Assembly (NCBI GenBank): GCA_963678485.1
Contig: OY782882.1
Coordinates: forward strand, 4,066,339-4,130,338
From: Bacteroidales bacterium
Lineage (GTDB): Bacteria; Bacteroidota; Bacteroidia; Bacteroidales; CAIWKO01
DNA length: 64,000 nucleotides
Direction: 5' to 3'
A model generated the notes under the pieces. That model was not told where the DNA came from. It saw nothing but the letters and a program-made list of their open reading frames with translations, and ran no database searches. Positions 1-13,100 of this stretch are shown piece after piece. The translations under genes and the position numbers were made by a program. Positions within the stretch are counted from its first letter, which is position 1. Every line of letters begins with the position of its first letter.

Positions 1-1127
1 TGATTGGTTATTTTGTTGATGGTATCTCAGGTGGTATATGGGGAATCATCATTGCCACAGCCGTATGGCTGATTCAATTATTGATCAGTTTTATGGCTGG
101 TGGCGACATCATGCTCAGCACTAGCGGGGCAAAGCCGATTACTCCTGATATTCATCCTCAGCTTTACAACGTGGTAGAGGAAATGCGCATTGCAGCCGGC
201 ATGAATGCTACACCTAAAATATATATCATCAATAGCGAAATGCCAAACGCCTTTGCAACAGGCATGTCACCAAATAATTGTTCAGTTGCAGTTACGGCAG
301 GATTACTTGGACGGTTGAATCGCGATGAACTTCAAGGTGTCGTGGCGCATGAAATGTCGCATATCATAAATCGTGATATTCGCTTTATGACCATTGCGGG
401 TATTATGATGGGTACCATTGTGCTTATCGCTGAAATCGTGCTTCGCGGAATGTTTTATTCTGGTGGTGGAAGTCGCAGAAGCGACAATAGTGGCGGCGGT
501 GGCGGGCAAATCATAATGATTCTTATTGTACTTGCGGTGGCTATTCTCGCACCTATTTTTGCACAACTGCTGTATTTTTCTATCTCGCGAAAGCGTGAAT
601 ACCTTGCTGATGCTTCTGCAGTGAGACTTACAAGATACCCGGAAGGTCTGGCATCGGCTCTTGAAAAAATTGCTAACTCGGATGCTACCATTCCTACAGC
701 AAATAAGGTGACAGCCCCAATGTATATCGTTAATCCATTGAAGCGCACAAAAACTAAAAAAGTATCCGATTTAAGTAGTACGCATCCTCCAATTTCGGAG
801 CGCGTCAGGATACTTAGAAGTATGTCAGGTGGAGCTAATTTTGTGAATTACGATCAGGCTTACCAATCGGTTCGTAGCAGATCTGGTATCATTCCAAAAT
901 CAGGCTTATCAGATCTTAGTTCAATGCCACTGCGACAAGGATTAGTGAACGAAACAGCATACAGCGATATAAAAACCACTACTCGTGCAACAGGCGATAT
1001 TATGATGACCGTTGATCATTATAAAATTATTGACTGCAGCTGCGGATTAAAACTTAAAGTTCCACCCGGATTTGCTGGCAAGGAATTGTATTGCACCAGA
1101 TGTGGTGCTGTACATAATTTGTCCTGA
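1..1127 (+). CDS. htpX: HtpX-like M48 zinc metalloprotease, 5' partial, with a C-terminal Cys-rich (zinc-ribbon-like) extension
   Basis: The ORF is open to the window start in frame 3. The HEMSH zinc-binding motif is present (VAHEMSHIINRD). There are hydrophobic segments flanking a Gly-rich loop. The C-terminus carries CSCG...CTRCG. Confidence 0.6.
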   Translation, partial: IGYFVDGISGGIWGIIIATAVWLIQLLISFMAGGDIMLSTSGAKPITPDIHPQLYNVVEEMRIAAGMNATPKIYIINSEMPNAFATGMSPNNCSVAVTAGLLGRLNRDELQGVVAHEMSHIINRDIRFMTIAGIMMGTIVLIAEIVLRGMFYSGGGSRRSDNSGGGGGQIIMILIVLAVAILAPIFAQLLYFSISRKREYLADASAVRLTRYPEGLASALEKIANSDATIPTANKVTAPMYIVNPLKRTKTKKVSDLSSTHPPISERVRILRSMSGGANFVNYDQAYQSVRSRSGIIPKSGLSDLSSMPLRQGLVNETAYSDIKTTTRATGDIMMTVDHYKIIDCSCGLKLKVPPGFAGKELYCTRCGAVHNLS

Positions 1128-1157
1128 TCTATAATAAATACCTAAATCTATTACCCC

Positions 1158-4100
1158 ATGAAAAACCTTAAAGGTTGCCTTAAGGCTGCCATTACCTTGT
1201 CCATTTGTATTTTTCTCTTGTTTGACGCCTCAGCTCAGGCACCACAAAGTTTCAACTATCAGGCGGTATGCCGCGATAATTTAGGAAATATTATAGCGAA
1301 TCAGTCTGTAACTCTTAGATTCAATATTTTGGATCTGGCCCCTGGTGGAACCTCGCTTTATCAAGAGACAGATGCTGTAACAACAAATTCTTATGGTTTG
1401 GTGAGTGTAGCAATTGGTGATGGAACCTGGGTTTCCGGTAATTTTCTAAGCATTCCCTGGGCAAGTGGTGAAAAGTATTTGCTCGTTGAATTGAACACTG
1501 GCTCAGGCTTTATAACAATGGGTGCCCCTCAATTATTAAGCGTTCCATATGCGATCTACGCGAATCAATCCGGAACAACTGGTTCTGCGGGACCAACCGG
1601 TCCACAGGGAATCACAGGTCCTACGGGAATTCAGGGCGTAACTGGTGTCACAGGTGTAGGATTAACGGGGGCTCAGGGAGTAACTGGACCAACGGGTGTT
1701 GGGTTAACCGGAGCACAAGGTATAACAGGACCCACGGGAGCGCAAGGTATCACGGGGCCAACCGGAATCGGGTTGACAGGTGCCCAGGGAATCACAGGTC
1801 CTACGGGACTTCAGGGCGTTACCGGTGTCACAGGTGTAGGATTAACGGGGGCTCAGGGAGTAACCGGACCAACGGGTGTTGGGTTAACAGGTGCTCAAGG
1901 TATAACAGGACCCACGGGAACGCAAGGTATCACGGGGCCAACCGGAATCGGGTTGACAGGTGCACAGGGAATCACAGGACCTACGGGGCTTCAGGGTGTA
2001 ACTGGTGTCACAGGTGTAGGATTAACGGGGGCTCAGGGAGTAACCGGACCAACGGGTGTCGGATTAGCCGGAGCGCAAGGTATAACAGGACCCACGGGCG
2101 CGCAAGGTATCACTGGGCCAACCGGAATCGGGTTGACTGGTGCTCAGGGAATCACAGGTCCTACGGGGCTTCAGGGTGTAACTGGTGTAGGATTAACGGG
2201 GGCTCAGGGCGTAACGGGACCAACGGGTGTTGGGTTAACAGGTGCACAAGGTATAACCGGACCCACGGGAGCGCAAGGTATTACGGGGCCAACGGGAATT
2301 GGGCTAACAGGCGCTCAGGGAATCACAGGTCCTACAGGACTTCAGGGTGTGACTGGTGTAGGATTAACCGGAGCGCAAGGTGCTACTGGTCCGACTGGGG
2401 CTGATGGTGCATTAAATGCATGGTCTCTTACTGGTAATACTGGTATGGTGGATGGGACAAATTTCATTGGAACCACAGATAACTCGCCATTCAATATCAG
2501 AGTAAATAATCAAAAAGCCGGCAGGGTTTCACAGACCAACGCCTCCTCATTTTTTGGCTTTGTTGCAGGAAACTCAACTACAGCCACAGGTTTAACAAAC
2601 ACGGCCATGGGGGATAGCACATTTTATACGAATTCCACTGGAGATGCCAATACGGCGATTGGTGCTAAGTCAATGCTGATGAGTGCTTCAGGAAGTTATA
2701 ATAGTGCGGTTGGATATAGCGCCATGTATTCAAGTGTGGCAACCACAGGAAATGCGGCATTTGGCGCCTATGCTTTATTACGAACAACAGGAAGTTACAA
2801 CACCGGAGTTGGATATACAGCACTTAGAAATAATACCTCAGGAACATATAATACCGCCATTGGTCTGGGAGCCCAATTCAACAATATTGCAGGAGGTTAT
2901 AATGCGGCAATTGGAGTGAATTCGCTGTATACTAATGATAGTGGATCTTATAATATTTGCATTGGGTATCGCACAATGTACTTAGTGCCTCAAGGTGATA
3001 ACAATATTGCGATTGGATCAAGAGCCCAATATAGTAGCGGAAGGATTAACAATATTATCGCTATTGGTGATTCCGCATTGTTTAGTAATAGGGCACTATA
3101 TAATACTGCATTAGGTTCAAAAGCCCTGAGTGCAAACACAACAGGAACTTCAAATACTGCAACTGGATTTCGGGCACTAGCCGGGAATACTACAGGGGCT
3201 GGAAATACTGCAAATGGCGCTCTGGCATTGTATAATAGTACCTCTGGATGGGGAAACACAGCGATGGGTAGTGGAGCCCAATTGATGAATAGTACAGGAT
3301 ATGCGAATACAGCATTAGGTTATAATGCTTTAGATGCGAATGAAGATGGAGACAATAATACTGCTGTTGGTTTTGGCGCATTAGGTAGTAACACTATTGA
3401 TGACAATACTGCAGTTGGAACATATGCTTTGTATGATAATACTTCTGGTTGGCGAAATGCAGCTCTTGGTAACAATGCCCTTTCAAATAATTCCAATGGT
3501 AGTTATAATGCGTCTTTCGGATCGAATTCATTATACAATAATAATGGAAGTTATAATGCAGCGTTGGGGGCATATGCGTTATATTCAAGTTTGGATGTTT
3601 CCGATAATGTTGCCTTAGGCTATAATACACTTTATTTTAATACTTCAGGAGATGCGAATGTTGCCATAGGGTCATTAGGCCTTTATAATAACAGAGGTGC
3701 AGGAAATGTGGCTGTTGGCAGGACTGCATTAATGGCCAATACAACTGGAAATTGTAATACAGCCATTGGTTGCGATGCGGACGTTTCAGCGGGAACATTT
3801 ACCAATGCCACTGCAATAGGGTATACGTCCACTGTTAATGCCTCTGATAAAATCAGACTTGGTGATGCAACAGTTACTGTCATTGAAGGTCAGGTAGCAT
3901 ATACATATCCAAGCGACGGGCGCTTTAAATTCAATGTAAAGGAAGAAGTAAAAGGATTGGATTTTATCCTGAAGCTTCGTCCTGTAGTCTATAATTTCGA
4001 TACCAAGAAGTTTGATAGTTTTCTGATGAAAAATATGTCGGACAGTTTGCGTAATGCACGAATGAAAGACCAGAACTACGATCGTTCCACTCAGGCTGTC

Positions 4101-4382
4101 CATACTGGTTTTATAGCACAGGAGGTTGAAAAAGCTGCATTAGACTGCGGATTTACTTTTGATGGTGTGAGCGTACCTGCCGACGAAAACGGAAATTATG
4201 GCGTGGCTTATAGTCAGTTCACAGTTCCTTTGGTGAAAGCTATTCAGGAGCAACAAGCTTTAATAGAAGCCTTGCAAAAGACGAATAATGAGCAGAAGAC
4301 AATTACAGAGCAGTTAAAGAAAGAGAATGAAGAAATGAAAGCCAGACTCGATCGTCTCGAAAAATTATTGAATGAAAAATAG
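1158..4382 (+). CDS. Secreted trimeric fibre-like protein. It has a signal peptide, a collagen-like GXT triple-helix repeat region, a Hep_Hag-like N[ST]A[IV]G repeat region and a C-terminal intramolecular-chaperone (peptidase S74) domain with a coiled-coil tail.
   Basis: The N-terminus ends ...FDASAQA. There are about 260 aa of G-[PVIA]-T-G triplets. The middle region has dozens of NTAIG/NSAVG/NVAIG 14-residue repeats. The C-terminal block contains [11 protein letters not shown] (the SDxRxK motif of S74 chaperone domains) followed by a heptad-rich tail. Confidence 0.6.
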   Translation: MKNLKGCLKAAITLSICIFLLFDASAQAPQSFNYQAVCRDNLGNIIANQSVTLRFNILDLAPGGTSLYQETDAVTTNSYGLVSVAIGDGTWVSGNFLSIPWASGEKYLLVELNTGSGFITMGAPQLLSVPYAIYANQSGTTGSAGPTGPQGITGPTGIQGVTGVTGVGLTGAQGVTGPTGVGLTGAQGITGPTGAQGITGPTGIGLTGAQGITGPTGLQGVTGVTGVGLTGAQGVTGPTGVGLTGAQGITGPTGTQGITGPTGIGLTGAQGITGPTGLQGVTGVTGVGLTGAQGVTGPTGVGLAGAQGITGPTGAQGITGPTGIGLTGAQGITGPTGLQGVTGVGLTGAQGVTGPTGVGLTGAQGITGPTGAQGITGPTGIGLTGAQGITGPTGLQGVTGVGLTGAQGATGPTGADGALNAWSLTGNTGMVDGTNFIGTTDNSPFNIRVNNQKAGRVSQTNASSFFGFVAGNSTTATGLTNTAMGDSTFYTNSTGDANTAIGAKSMLMSASGSYNSAVGYSAMYSSVATTGNAAFGAYALLRTTGSYNTGVGYTALRNNTSGTYNTAIGLGAQFNNIAGGYNAAIGVNSLYTNDSGSYNICIGYRTMYLVPQGDNNIAIGSRAQYSSGRINNIIAIGDSALFSNRALYNTALGSKALSANTTGTSNTATGFRALAGNTTGAGNTANGALALYNSTSGWGNTAMGSGAQLMNSTGYANTALGYNALDANEDGDNNTAVGFGALGSNTIDDNTAVGTYALYDNTSGWRNAALGNNALSNNSNGSYNASFGSNSLYNNNGSYNAALGAYALYSSLDVSDNVALGYNTLYFNTSGDANVAIGSLGLYNNRGAGNVAVGRTALMANTTGNCNTAIGCDADVSAGTFTNATAIGYTSTVNASDKIRLGDATVTVIEGQVAYTYPSDGRFKFNVKEEVKGLDFILKLRPVVYNFDTKKFDSFLMKNMSDSLRNARMKDQNYDRSTQAVHTGFIAQEVEKAALDCGFTFDGVSVPADENGNYGVAYSQFTVPLVKAIQEQQALIEALQKTNNEQKTITEQLKKENEEMKARLDRLEKLLNEK
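1606..2400 (+). repeat. About 4.4 tandem copies of a 180-bp (60-aa) unit inside the collagen-like region. The fourth copy has a 9-bp deletion.
   Basis: Near-identical DNA blocks begin at about 1627, 1807, 1987 and 2167. Each encodes [60 protein letters not shown]. Confidence 0.8.
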
Positions 4383-4407
4383 ACCTTGCTGATAATTGGC
4401 GAAGACA

Positions 4408-5433
4408 TTAGAGAATATTCACTTCAGGCTCAAGCCTGACTCCGAATTTATTTTCTACCGATGCGATAATGTCATTGGCAAGTTCGAGAATTTCCCTGCC
4501 TGTTGCGTTTCCATAATTGACTAGGATTAGCGCCTGATGTGCGTGAACGCCTGCATCGCCTTTACGGAAGCCTTTCCATCCACATTGCTCAATCAACCAG
4601 CCAGCGGCAAGTTTGTAGTAACCGTTGTTTTGATTGAAAGCAACCAGTGTGCGAAATTCATCTGCAATGCGATAATATTCAAAGGCAGAAACTGTAGGGT
4701 TTTTGAAAAAACTTCCTGCATTTCCAATATCAATAGGGTCGGGGAGTTTACTGCGTCGTATCCTTGTTACCGCAGCTGCAACATCAGCAACACCTGGCGC
4801 TGTAATGCCTGCATTGGATAACTCTGTTGCAATTGCTCCATAGGATGTGTTTAGAGATGTCTGTTCTGAAAGACGGAATGTTACAGAAAGTATGATGTAC
4901 TGGCCTTTGTGGGTGGTTTTAAAGATCGATGAACGATAGCCGAACTGACATTCTTCGTTTGAGAAGGTTGTAATTATACCACTTTTTATTTCCATTGCTT
5001 CCAGCGAATGGAAGCAATCTTTTATTTCTACTCCGTATGCACCAATGTTTTGGATAGGGCTACTGCCTACATTGCCTGGGATGAACGATAAATTTTCTAA
5101 TCCACACAGACCTTGAGCAACGCAGTATTCAACAAACGTTTCCCAGTTCTCGCCCGCTTCGGCTTTTACAAGTTTATAGGGATGTTGATCGTCGATTACT
5201 TCAATTCCTTTGGTTGAAATTTTAAGCGCGCAACCTTCATAAGCTTGAGTAAAAAGCAAATTGCTTCCACCCCCAAGTAGTAGCAACGGGAGCTGCATTG
5301 CAGGAAAGTCATTCGTGACGAAATCGAAAATGTCGCTGCGTGAGTGTCCTTCAGCAAAATACCTTGCACTGACTTCCATTCCAAAAGTGTGGAAGGGTTT
5401 CAGGGAAACGTTTTCTTCAACTTTCATCCGCAC
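4408..5433 (-). CDS. murB: UDP-N-acetylenolpyruvoylglucosamine reductase (MurB)
   Basis: The protein is 341 aa. An FAD-binding Gly-rich segment LLLLGGGSNLLF is present. Length and C-terminal domain are MurB-like. Confidence 0.75.
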   Translation of the reverse strand: MRMKVEENVSLKPFHTFGMEVSARYFAEGHSRSDIFDFVTNDFPAMQLPLLLLGGGSNLLFTQAYEGCALKISTKGIEVIDDQHPYKLVKAEAGENWETFVEYCVAQGLCGLENLSFIPGNVGSSPIQNIGAYGVEIKDCFHSLEAMEIKSGIITTFSNEECQFGYRSSIFKTTHKGQYIILSVTFRLSEQTSLNTSYGAIATELSNAGITAPGVADVAAAVTRIRRSKLPDPIDIGNAGSFFKNPTVSAFEYYRIADEFRTLVAFNQNNGYYKLAAGWLIEQCGWKGFRKGDAGVHAHQALILVNYGNATGREILELANDIIASVENKFGVRLEPEVNIL

Positions 5434-5438
5434 AAATA

Positions 5439-7097
<1,659 letters not shown>

Positions 7098-7211
7098 TCA
7101 AGTACACAACGAAAATTATTTTTTTTACTTGTTTATTATTTTTTTGCTACTTTTGCACTCCTGCAAACGTGCAGATGCATTAAAATTTTTCAGCCAATTT
7201 CAGCGACATCC

Positions 7212-7303
7212 GGAGAGGTGGGTGAGCGGCTGAAACCAACAGTTTGCTAAACTGTCATACTGGGTAACTGGTATCGGGGGTTCGAATCCCCCCCTCTCCG
7301 CCA
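7212..7303 (+). tRNA. tRNA-Ser (anticodon GCT) with a long variable arm and encoded CCA
   Basis: Acceptor stem GGAGAGG pairs with CCTCTCC. The anticodon loop is TTGCTAA. A long extra arm precedes the T-arm GGGGGTTCGAATCCCCC, and the gene ends GCCA. Confidence 0.85.
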
Positions 7304-8060
7304 ATCAATCAAAAGTCCCGCAACAGCGGGATTTTTTTTTACCCCCGAACGCGCAAACAACGTTTGCAAGCGTCCGGGGGTAAAAAAAAATCGCGAGTGC
7401 GCAGCACACGGGACTTTTGATTGATTGAAGCCCCCACGCCGGGATCACGGAGCAGCGTTCGGGGCGAATTATCACGAACACTGCTCCGTAATCCCCACTC
7501 AATATTGTTTTTTCAACAGACGCGCAAACAACGTTTGCAAGCGTCCGGGGGTAAAAAAAATTGATCAAGCCGGATTGTTGAGGAAAGGTTTGAAGGTAAT
7601 ATTTGCAGGACTTCTTATTGTTTATCTCTCTGATTTCGCATTTCGTTTCTCGGATCTCTGATCTGTTTTTCTCTTTTCACCCTTTTCTCTTACTTCTTTC
7701 AGGCGCACCTACCCGACTGCGTCATTCGGGCGGGCCTGCCCGAATGACATCGGTCAGGCGGGGATTTCCGATTTACGAATGACGCAATTAACGAACATTC
7801 TATAATCGAGATATGTGGAATCCATGATTTTGCTTCAGTATTTTGAAATCAGAGATCCGAGAAACGAAATTAGAAGTACGAGATAAACCAAAGGAAAAGC
7901 CCGTGCTCACCAACTTTTCGTCTTGATCCAAAAAAAATCGCGAGTGCGCAGCACACGGAACTTTTGATAGATTCTATGATGCATGTTTTGCTTTTCTTAT
8001 AAACTCACTCAGGTGGTTGTTCCGATTTATCCAAAATGCTGTACCTTTGCATATCTAATA
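7304..8060. repeat. Complex intergenic region of nested inverted and direct repeats
   Basis: There is an outer inverted repeat at 7304-7320 and 7409-7427. A 42-bp element is present twice, at 7347-7389 and 7519-7560. The element AAAAATCGCGAGTGCGCAGCACACGGnACTTTTGAT is present twice, at 7385-7420 and 7931-7975. There is an 11-bp-stem hairpin at 7721-7748. One forward copy (about 7614-7680) and one inverted copy (about 7843-7890) of the 46-bp family arrayed at 54.3 kb are present. Confidence 0.6.
7317..7340 (+). terminator. Intrinsic terminator after tRNA-Ser
   Basis: The hairpin CCCGC-aaca-GCGGG is followed by a T9 run. Confidence 0.55.
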
Positions 8061-8073
8061 ACATATTGACATA

Positions 8074-9696
8074 GTGTATATTATTAAGTCATTCAAGGTA
8101 CTAATCCTGTTTGTGATTATCCTTGCCTCCAGCGCCGACGCTCAGCCATACGTGCAATTGCAGCCAACTGTGAACACTGATTTCGGTAAGGTCTATTATT
8201 TTTTGTGTCCAACAAAAGTGGGTACTAATCCACTTAATATTAAGCCATCGAGATTAATCCTCGATAGCAAGGGCGAGGTTATCTACTATAAAATTAATTA
8301 TGGCGGTCTGTATACCGGTGATTTTACCTTGCAACCCAATGGCATGATGTCATACAGTTTTAGGGGGAAATTTTTCCTCATGGATAGTACATTTACAATC
8401 CGTGATTCTGTAAAAACTATGAATGGTATCACGGCGGATTTACACGAATTACAAATTCTTCCTAATGGCCATTTTTTGCTGCTTGGTACTGAAGAGGTCA
8501 CAATGGACCTGAGCTCTTTTAATATGTTTAGCGGTAATGGCAGTCCTGGGAGCGATACAGCTATCGTAACAAGTGGCGTGATTCAAGAACTGGACGAAAA
8601 TAAAAACGTGATTTTTGAATGGCATGCATGGCAATATTACACATTTGATGATGTCGATGAAGCATTTTTGAATAATCCGATTACAGTGGATTGGACGCAT
8701 TTTAATTCACTCGAATTCGATAGTGATGGCAATCTGCTGGTTTCATCGAGGCATTTTAATGAAATCACTAAAATAGATCATACTACCGGCGACATAATTT
8801 GGAGGTTAGGTGGAAAACGTAATGAGTTTACATTTATCGGAGATAGCCAGCAATTCAAGGGGCAGCACGATATTCGGAGAATTGCCAACGGGAATATTAC
8901 ATTGTTCGACAATGGGAATGGAAATGCAAGTTCGGTCTTTCATCCCGCTTCGGCAAAGGAATATCATCTGGATGAAACAGTAAAAACGGCAGAATTGGTA
9001 TGGCAATTTGTAGATCAATCCGATGTTTACAGTACTGCATTGGGCAATGTTCAGCGTTTGCCGGATGGCCATACCTTAGTGAATTATGGTACTGAAGATA
9101 ACAATTCAGTAATCTTCAATGTTGTAGATACTGCGTGGAATAAGGTTTTCGAGATAAGCACCCCAAATGATCTCATCAGCTACAGAGCATTTTGTTATGA
9201 GAAACTTCCCTGGGAGTTGCCGCGTCCAATAATCAGTTGCACTGAATCGGGTGGGCAATTTTATCTTGATGCTGGTCCCGGTTATCCTGCCTATCGTTGG
9301 TCGGATGGAAGCACTACACAAAGTATTCAAGTTAATGGTGTGGACTCCTTTTATGTTTTTGTGCCTATTGGTCAGGGTGGTTTTATCAGATCGGAAAAGT
9401 TTGTTGTAATCAATCCGGAAAACCCTTGTGATATGGCCTCTGTATCAATGGTCACAGAGCCGGAATTGAAAATATTGCCCAATCCTGCCTCTGATGTTAT
9501 CAGGCTTATCGCGAAAACCGCAATAAAAAGTATAAATGTATATGATGCTAGAGGCATCCTTGTTAGTACTTGGCTGGGAAGTACTGATGAGATTGAGATT
9601 CCCTGTGCGTCCTTGTCGAATGGTGCATATTACATGCATATTCAAGATGTTGCCGGTAATATAATCATAAAAAGAATGATTGTTCTGCATCCATAG
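8074..9696 (+). CDS. Arylsulfotransferase (ASST/Arylsulfotran_2)-like beta-propeller protein with a type IX secretion C-terminal sorting domain
   Basis: There is a signal peptide. The ASST-like block is HFNSLEFDSDGNLLVSSRHFNEITKIDHTTGDIIWRLGG...GQHD...NGNITLFDNGNG. The C-terminal sorting domain is KILPNPASDVIRL. Confidence 0.5.
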   Translation: MYIIKSFKVLILFVIILASSADAQPYVQLQPTVNTDFGKVYYFLCPTKVGTNPLNIKPSRLILDSKGEVIYYKINYGGLYTGDFTLQPNGMMSYSFRGKFFLMDSTFTIRDSVKTMNGITADLHELQILPNGHFLLLGTEEVTMDLSSFNMFSGNGSPGSDTAIVTSGVIQELDENKNVIFEWHAWQYYTFDDVDEAFLNNPITVDWTHFNSLEFDSDGNLLVSSRHFNEITKIDHTTGDIIWRLGGKRNEFTFIGDSQQFKGQHDIRRIANGNITLFDNGNGNASSVFHPASAKEYHLDETVKTAELVWQFVDQSDVYSTALGNVQRLPDGHTLVNYGTEDNNSVIFNVVDTAWNKVFEISTPNDLISYRAFCYEKLPWELPRPIISCTESGGQFYLDAGPGYPAYRWSDGSTTQSIQVNGVDSFYVFVPIGQGGFIRSEKFVVINPENPCDMASVSMVTEPELKILPNPASDVIRLIAKTAIKSINVYDARGILVSTWLGSTDEIEIPCASLSNGAYYMHIQDVAGNIIIKRMIVLHP

Positions 9697-9764
9697 ACTC
9701 ATTGCGTTTTGCTATTTTTCCAGGAGGAGTCGATTACATCAAATTAATTTTGTAATTTTGACCT

Positions 9765-10076
9765 ATGAAGGCGTGGTCTCTCATTATGTGTCTGTATGTT
9801 TGTTCACTGTTGTGCTTCCCTTGTCAGGATAATGGAGTACACTCAGGAGTAGCCGGACATATGGCAAGCGATGCAACCCACCATGATAAGGATGATGGTG
9901 AATGTCATCATTGTTCCCCCTTCTGTACCTGCAATTGCTGTCATGTTACTGCAATAACGAGTCTTCATATATTTGCAGGTGTCTCCAGTGATGTTATTAT
10001 TCCTACGATTCCTTCAACAGTAGGTAATATTTCAGAGGGCGTGCGTTTCTCTATCTGGCAGCCTCCCAAAGCTTAA
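9765..10076 (+). CDS. Small Cys/His-rich hypothetical protein (candidate metal-binding) immediately upstream of the efflux pump
   Basis: The ORF is 103 aa with a hydrophobic N-terminus followed by HHDKDDGECHHCSPFCTCNCCH. It is co-directional with the pump gene and 100 bp upstream of it. Confidence 0.35.
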   Translation: MKAWSLIMCLYVCSLLCFPCQDNGVHSGVAGHMASDATHHDKDDGECHHCSPFCTCNCCHVTAITSLHIFAGVSSDVIIPTIPSTVGNISEGVRFSIWQPPKA

Positions 10077-10176
10077 CAAACATTTCTTGTTTGGTTAATG
10101 TCCGGAATGTTCATTCCGGCGGCAGCATACATATATTCTGCTGTGTTCATATTTTTTACGATTAAATATATTTATT

Positions 10177-13100
10177 ATGATTGACAGGATCATTCGTTTT
10201 TCCCTGAACAATAAGTTGATCATTGGACTCATGATTTTTGGGTTGATAGGGTGGGGTATATATTCGCTTACAGAGTTACCGGTTGATGCAGTGCCTGATA
10301 TCACAAACAATCAGGTTCAGGTGATTTCTATAGCACCTACGCTGGCTGCCAATGAAGTTGAGCAGTTTATTACAGCACCCATCGAAGTTTCGGTGGTAAA
10401 TATTCCTGATATAGTTGAATTGCGTTCTATCTCTCGTCTTGGGCTATCGGTGGTAACCATAGTTTTTGAGGATCATGTGGATATTTACAAAGCCCGGCAA
10501 CAGATAAGTGAACGCCTTAAAGATGCCGAGGGTCAGATTCCAGAGGGGTTGGCTAGTATTGATATGGCGCCGGTCAGTACGGGTTTGAGCGAGATTTATC
10601 AATATACACTCAAGGTTGAACCTGGCTACGAATCAAAATATACCCCGCTCGAACTACGTACGATTCAGGATTGGATTGTACGTCGCGAAATGCTTGGTAC
10701 GCCGGGTGTTGCTGATGTAAACAGCTATGGAGGATATGTCAGCCAATATGAAGTGGCCGTGGATCCAGTGCGTTTAAAAAGTATGGGTATCACACTCAAT
10801 GAGGTGTTTGATGCACTGGAAGCGAATAATCAAAATACAGGAAGTGCCTATATTGAGAAAAGCCGCAATTCCTACTTCATTCGTGGAATTGGTCTCGTGA
10901 ACACGCTCGACGACATTGGAAAGATTGTCGTGAAAAACCGCGAAGATGGGGGACCCATATTAATCAGGGATGTTGCTACACCACAAATCGGAAGTGCTCC
11001 ACGATATGGAGCCTTGGTGATGGATACCACCGGTGAAGCGGTTGGTGGCGTAGTTATGATGCTCAAGGGCTCCAACGCCTCTCAGGTGATTGAAGTGGTG
11101 AAAGAACGCATGGAGACGATCAAAAAATCGCTGCCAAAAGGAGTGGGTATTGAAGCCTATCTAGATCGTACCGATCTTGTAGATCGCGCAATTAACACGG
11201 TTTCTCGAAACCTGCTTGAAGGAGGACTCATCGTAATTTTTGTACTTGTGTTAATGCTTGGGAATCTTCGTGCCGGGTTTGTTGTTGCGTCTGTGATCCC
11301 ACTTTCCATGCTATTTGCGGTTTCTATGATGAATGTCTTTGGTATTTCAGGAAACTTAATGAGTTTAGGTGCCATCGATTTCGGTTTAATTGTCGATGGT
11401 GCGGTAATCATTGTCGAAAGCGTGGTTCATCGCATAACAAAAAGCAAGACACACCATCAGGGTTTGCTAAAATTGAGCAGGCAACAAATGGATGAAGAAG
11501 TGTACGATTCATCACGTCGTATGATGAATTCGGCCACCTTTGGTCAGATGATTATTCTGATTGTTTATTTACCCATCCTTGCCTTGATTGGCATCGAAGG
11601 AAAAATGTTCCGGCCAATGGCACTCACGGTTGGTTTTGCAATCATTGGCGCTATTATATTGTCGCTAACCTATGTACCTGTCGCATCATCGCTCTTTATC
11701 AGCCGTAAGACAAAAAGCCGGCGAAATATTTCCGATGTTATCATGGATTTTTTACAGAAGATTTTTACTCCTGTGATTAATTTGGCATTGCGTGCAAAGA
11801 TTGCAGTTGTAGTGATTTCCCTGTTATTACTTATTTCGAGCCTTTTTGTCTATTCTCGTTTAGGGGGCGAATTTATTCCAAATCTGGAAGAAGGAGATCT
11901 TGCATCATCTGTAATTACGCTACAAGGCGGTTCATTGTCGAATACGATAGAAACGGTGAAAAAGGCCAACAAGATTTTGATGACCAAATTTCCTGAAGTA
12001 AAACATGCAGTCTGTAAAATTGGTTCTGCCGAAATTCCAACTGACCCAACGCCAATGGAGACGGGAGATTACATCATCGTTATGAAAGATAAAAGTGAAT
12101 GGACGAGTGCTTCCTCAAGAGAGGAGATGATGGATAAGATGCAGGAAGAATTGTCGGTCCTACCTGGAGTTGTCTTTGAATTACAGCAGCCCATACAGAT
12201 GCGGTTCAACGAATTAATGACTGGCTCAAAGCAGGATGTTGCCGTTAAAATTTTTGGAGATAATCTGGATCTCCTTGCGGAAAAGGGCCGGCAGACTGAA
12301 AAGCTGATTCGTGATATTCCCGGAGTGGTAGATATTAATGTAGAAAAGGTAACGGGATCAGGACAGATTCAAGTCATTTACAATCGTGATAAAATTGCAT
12401 TTTATGGACTGAATATCGCCGACATCAACCGTATGTTGAAGACGGCATTTGCCGGAAGCAGTGCAGGTGTGGTGTACAATGAGGAAAAACGGTTTGATTT
12501 GGTTGTCAGGTTTGATAAGCAGTTCAGGCAGGATATTGATTATGTTCGAAATCTCTATATTCCTCTTGCCTCAGGAAAGCAGGTTCCTCTCTATGAGGTA
12601 GCCGATGTAAGCTATCGTACAGGTGTGGCGCAGGTTTCGCGCGAAGACACCAAGCGAAGGATTACAGTTGGTTTCAATGTAAGAAATCGTGATGTTGCTT
12701 CAGTAGTTGATGAGGTGCGAACAAAACTCGATGCGAAGCTGAATCTTCCTGCAGGTTATTATACCACATATGGCGGACAATTCGAAAACCTTATTGCAGC
12801 AAGAGAGCGTCTGATGGTGGCTGTTCCTGTGGCATTGCTACTGATTTTTGTGCTATTGTTTATCACATTTAAATCGGTGAAGCAAGCATTGCTAATTTAT
12901 ACGGCAGTTCCCTTTTCCGCTATTGGCGGGATATTCGCCTTATATTTCCGTGGATTGCCTTTCAGTATTTCAGCTGGTGTAGGCTTCATTGCATTGTTTG
13001 GTGTGGCTGTGCTAAATGGCATAGTGCTGATTGCTGAATTCAATCGTCTGGAAAAAGAAGAAGGAATTGAAGATATATATGAGCGCGTACGCAGAGGTAT

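Noticed and set aside
2683-4103. Multiple internal or antisense ORFs inside the fibre-protein gene (e.g. 2683-2919, 2990-3259, 3786-4103)
   Set aside because: They are embedded in, or antisense to, the long repeat-rich CDS 1158-4382 and reflect its biased composition.
7305-7661. ORFs 7305-7568 (-) and 7425-7661 (+)
   Set aside because: They lie entirely within the inverted or direct-repeat intergenic region. Their frames are kept open by the repeat sequence and they have no plausible start context.
10095-10310. 71-aa minus-strand ORF overlapping the czcA start
   Set aside because: It is antisense to a strongly supported RND pump N-terminus. It is probably spurious.
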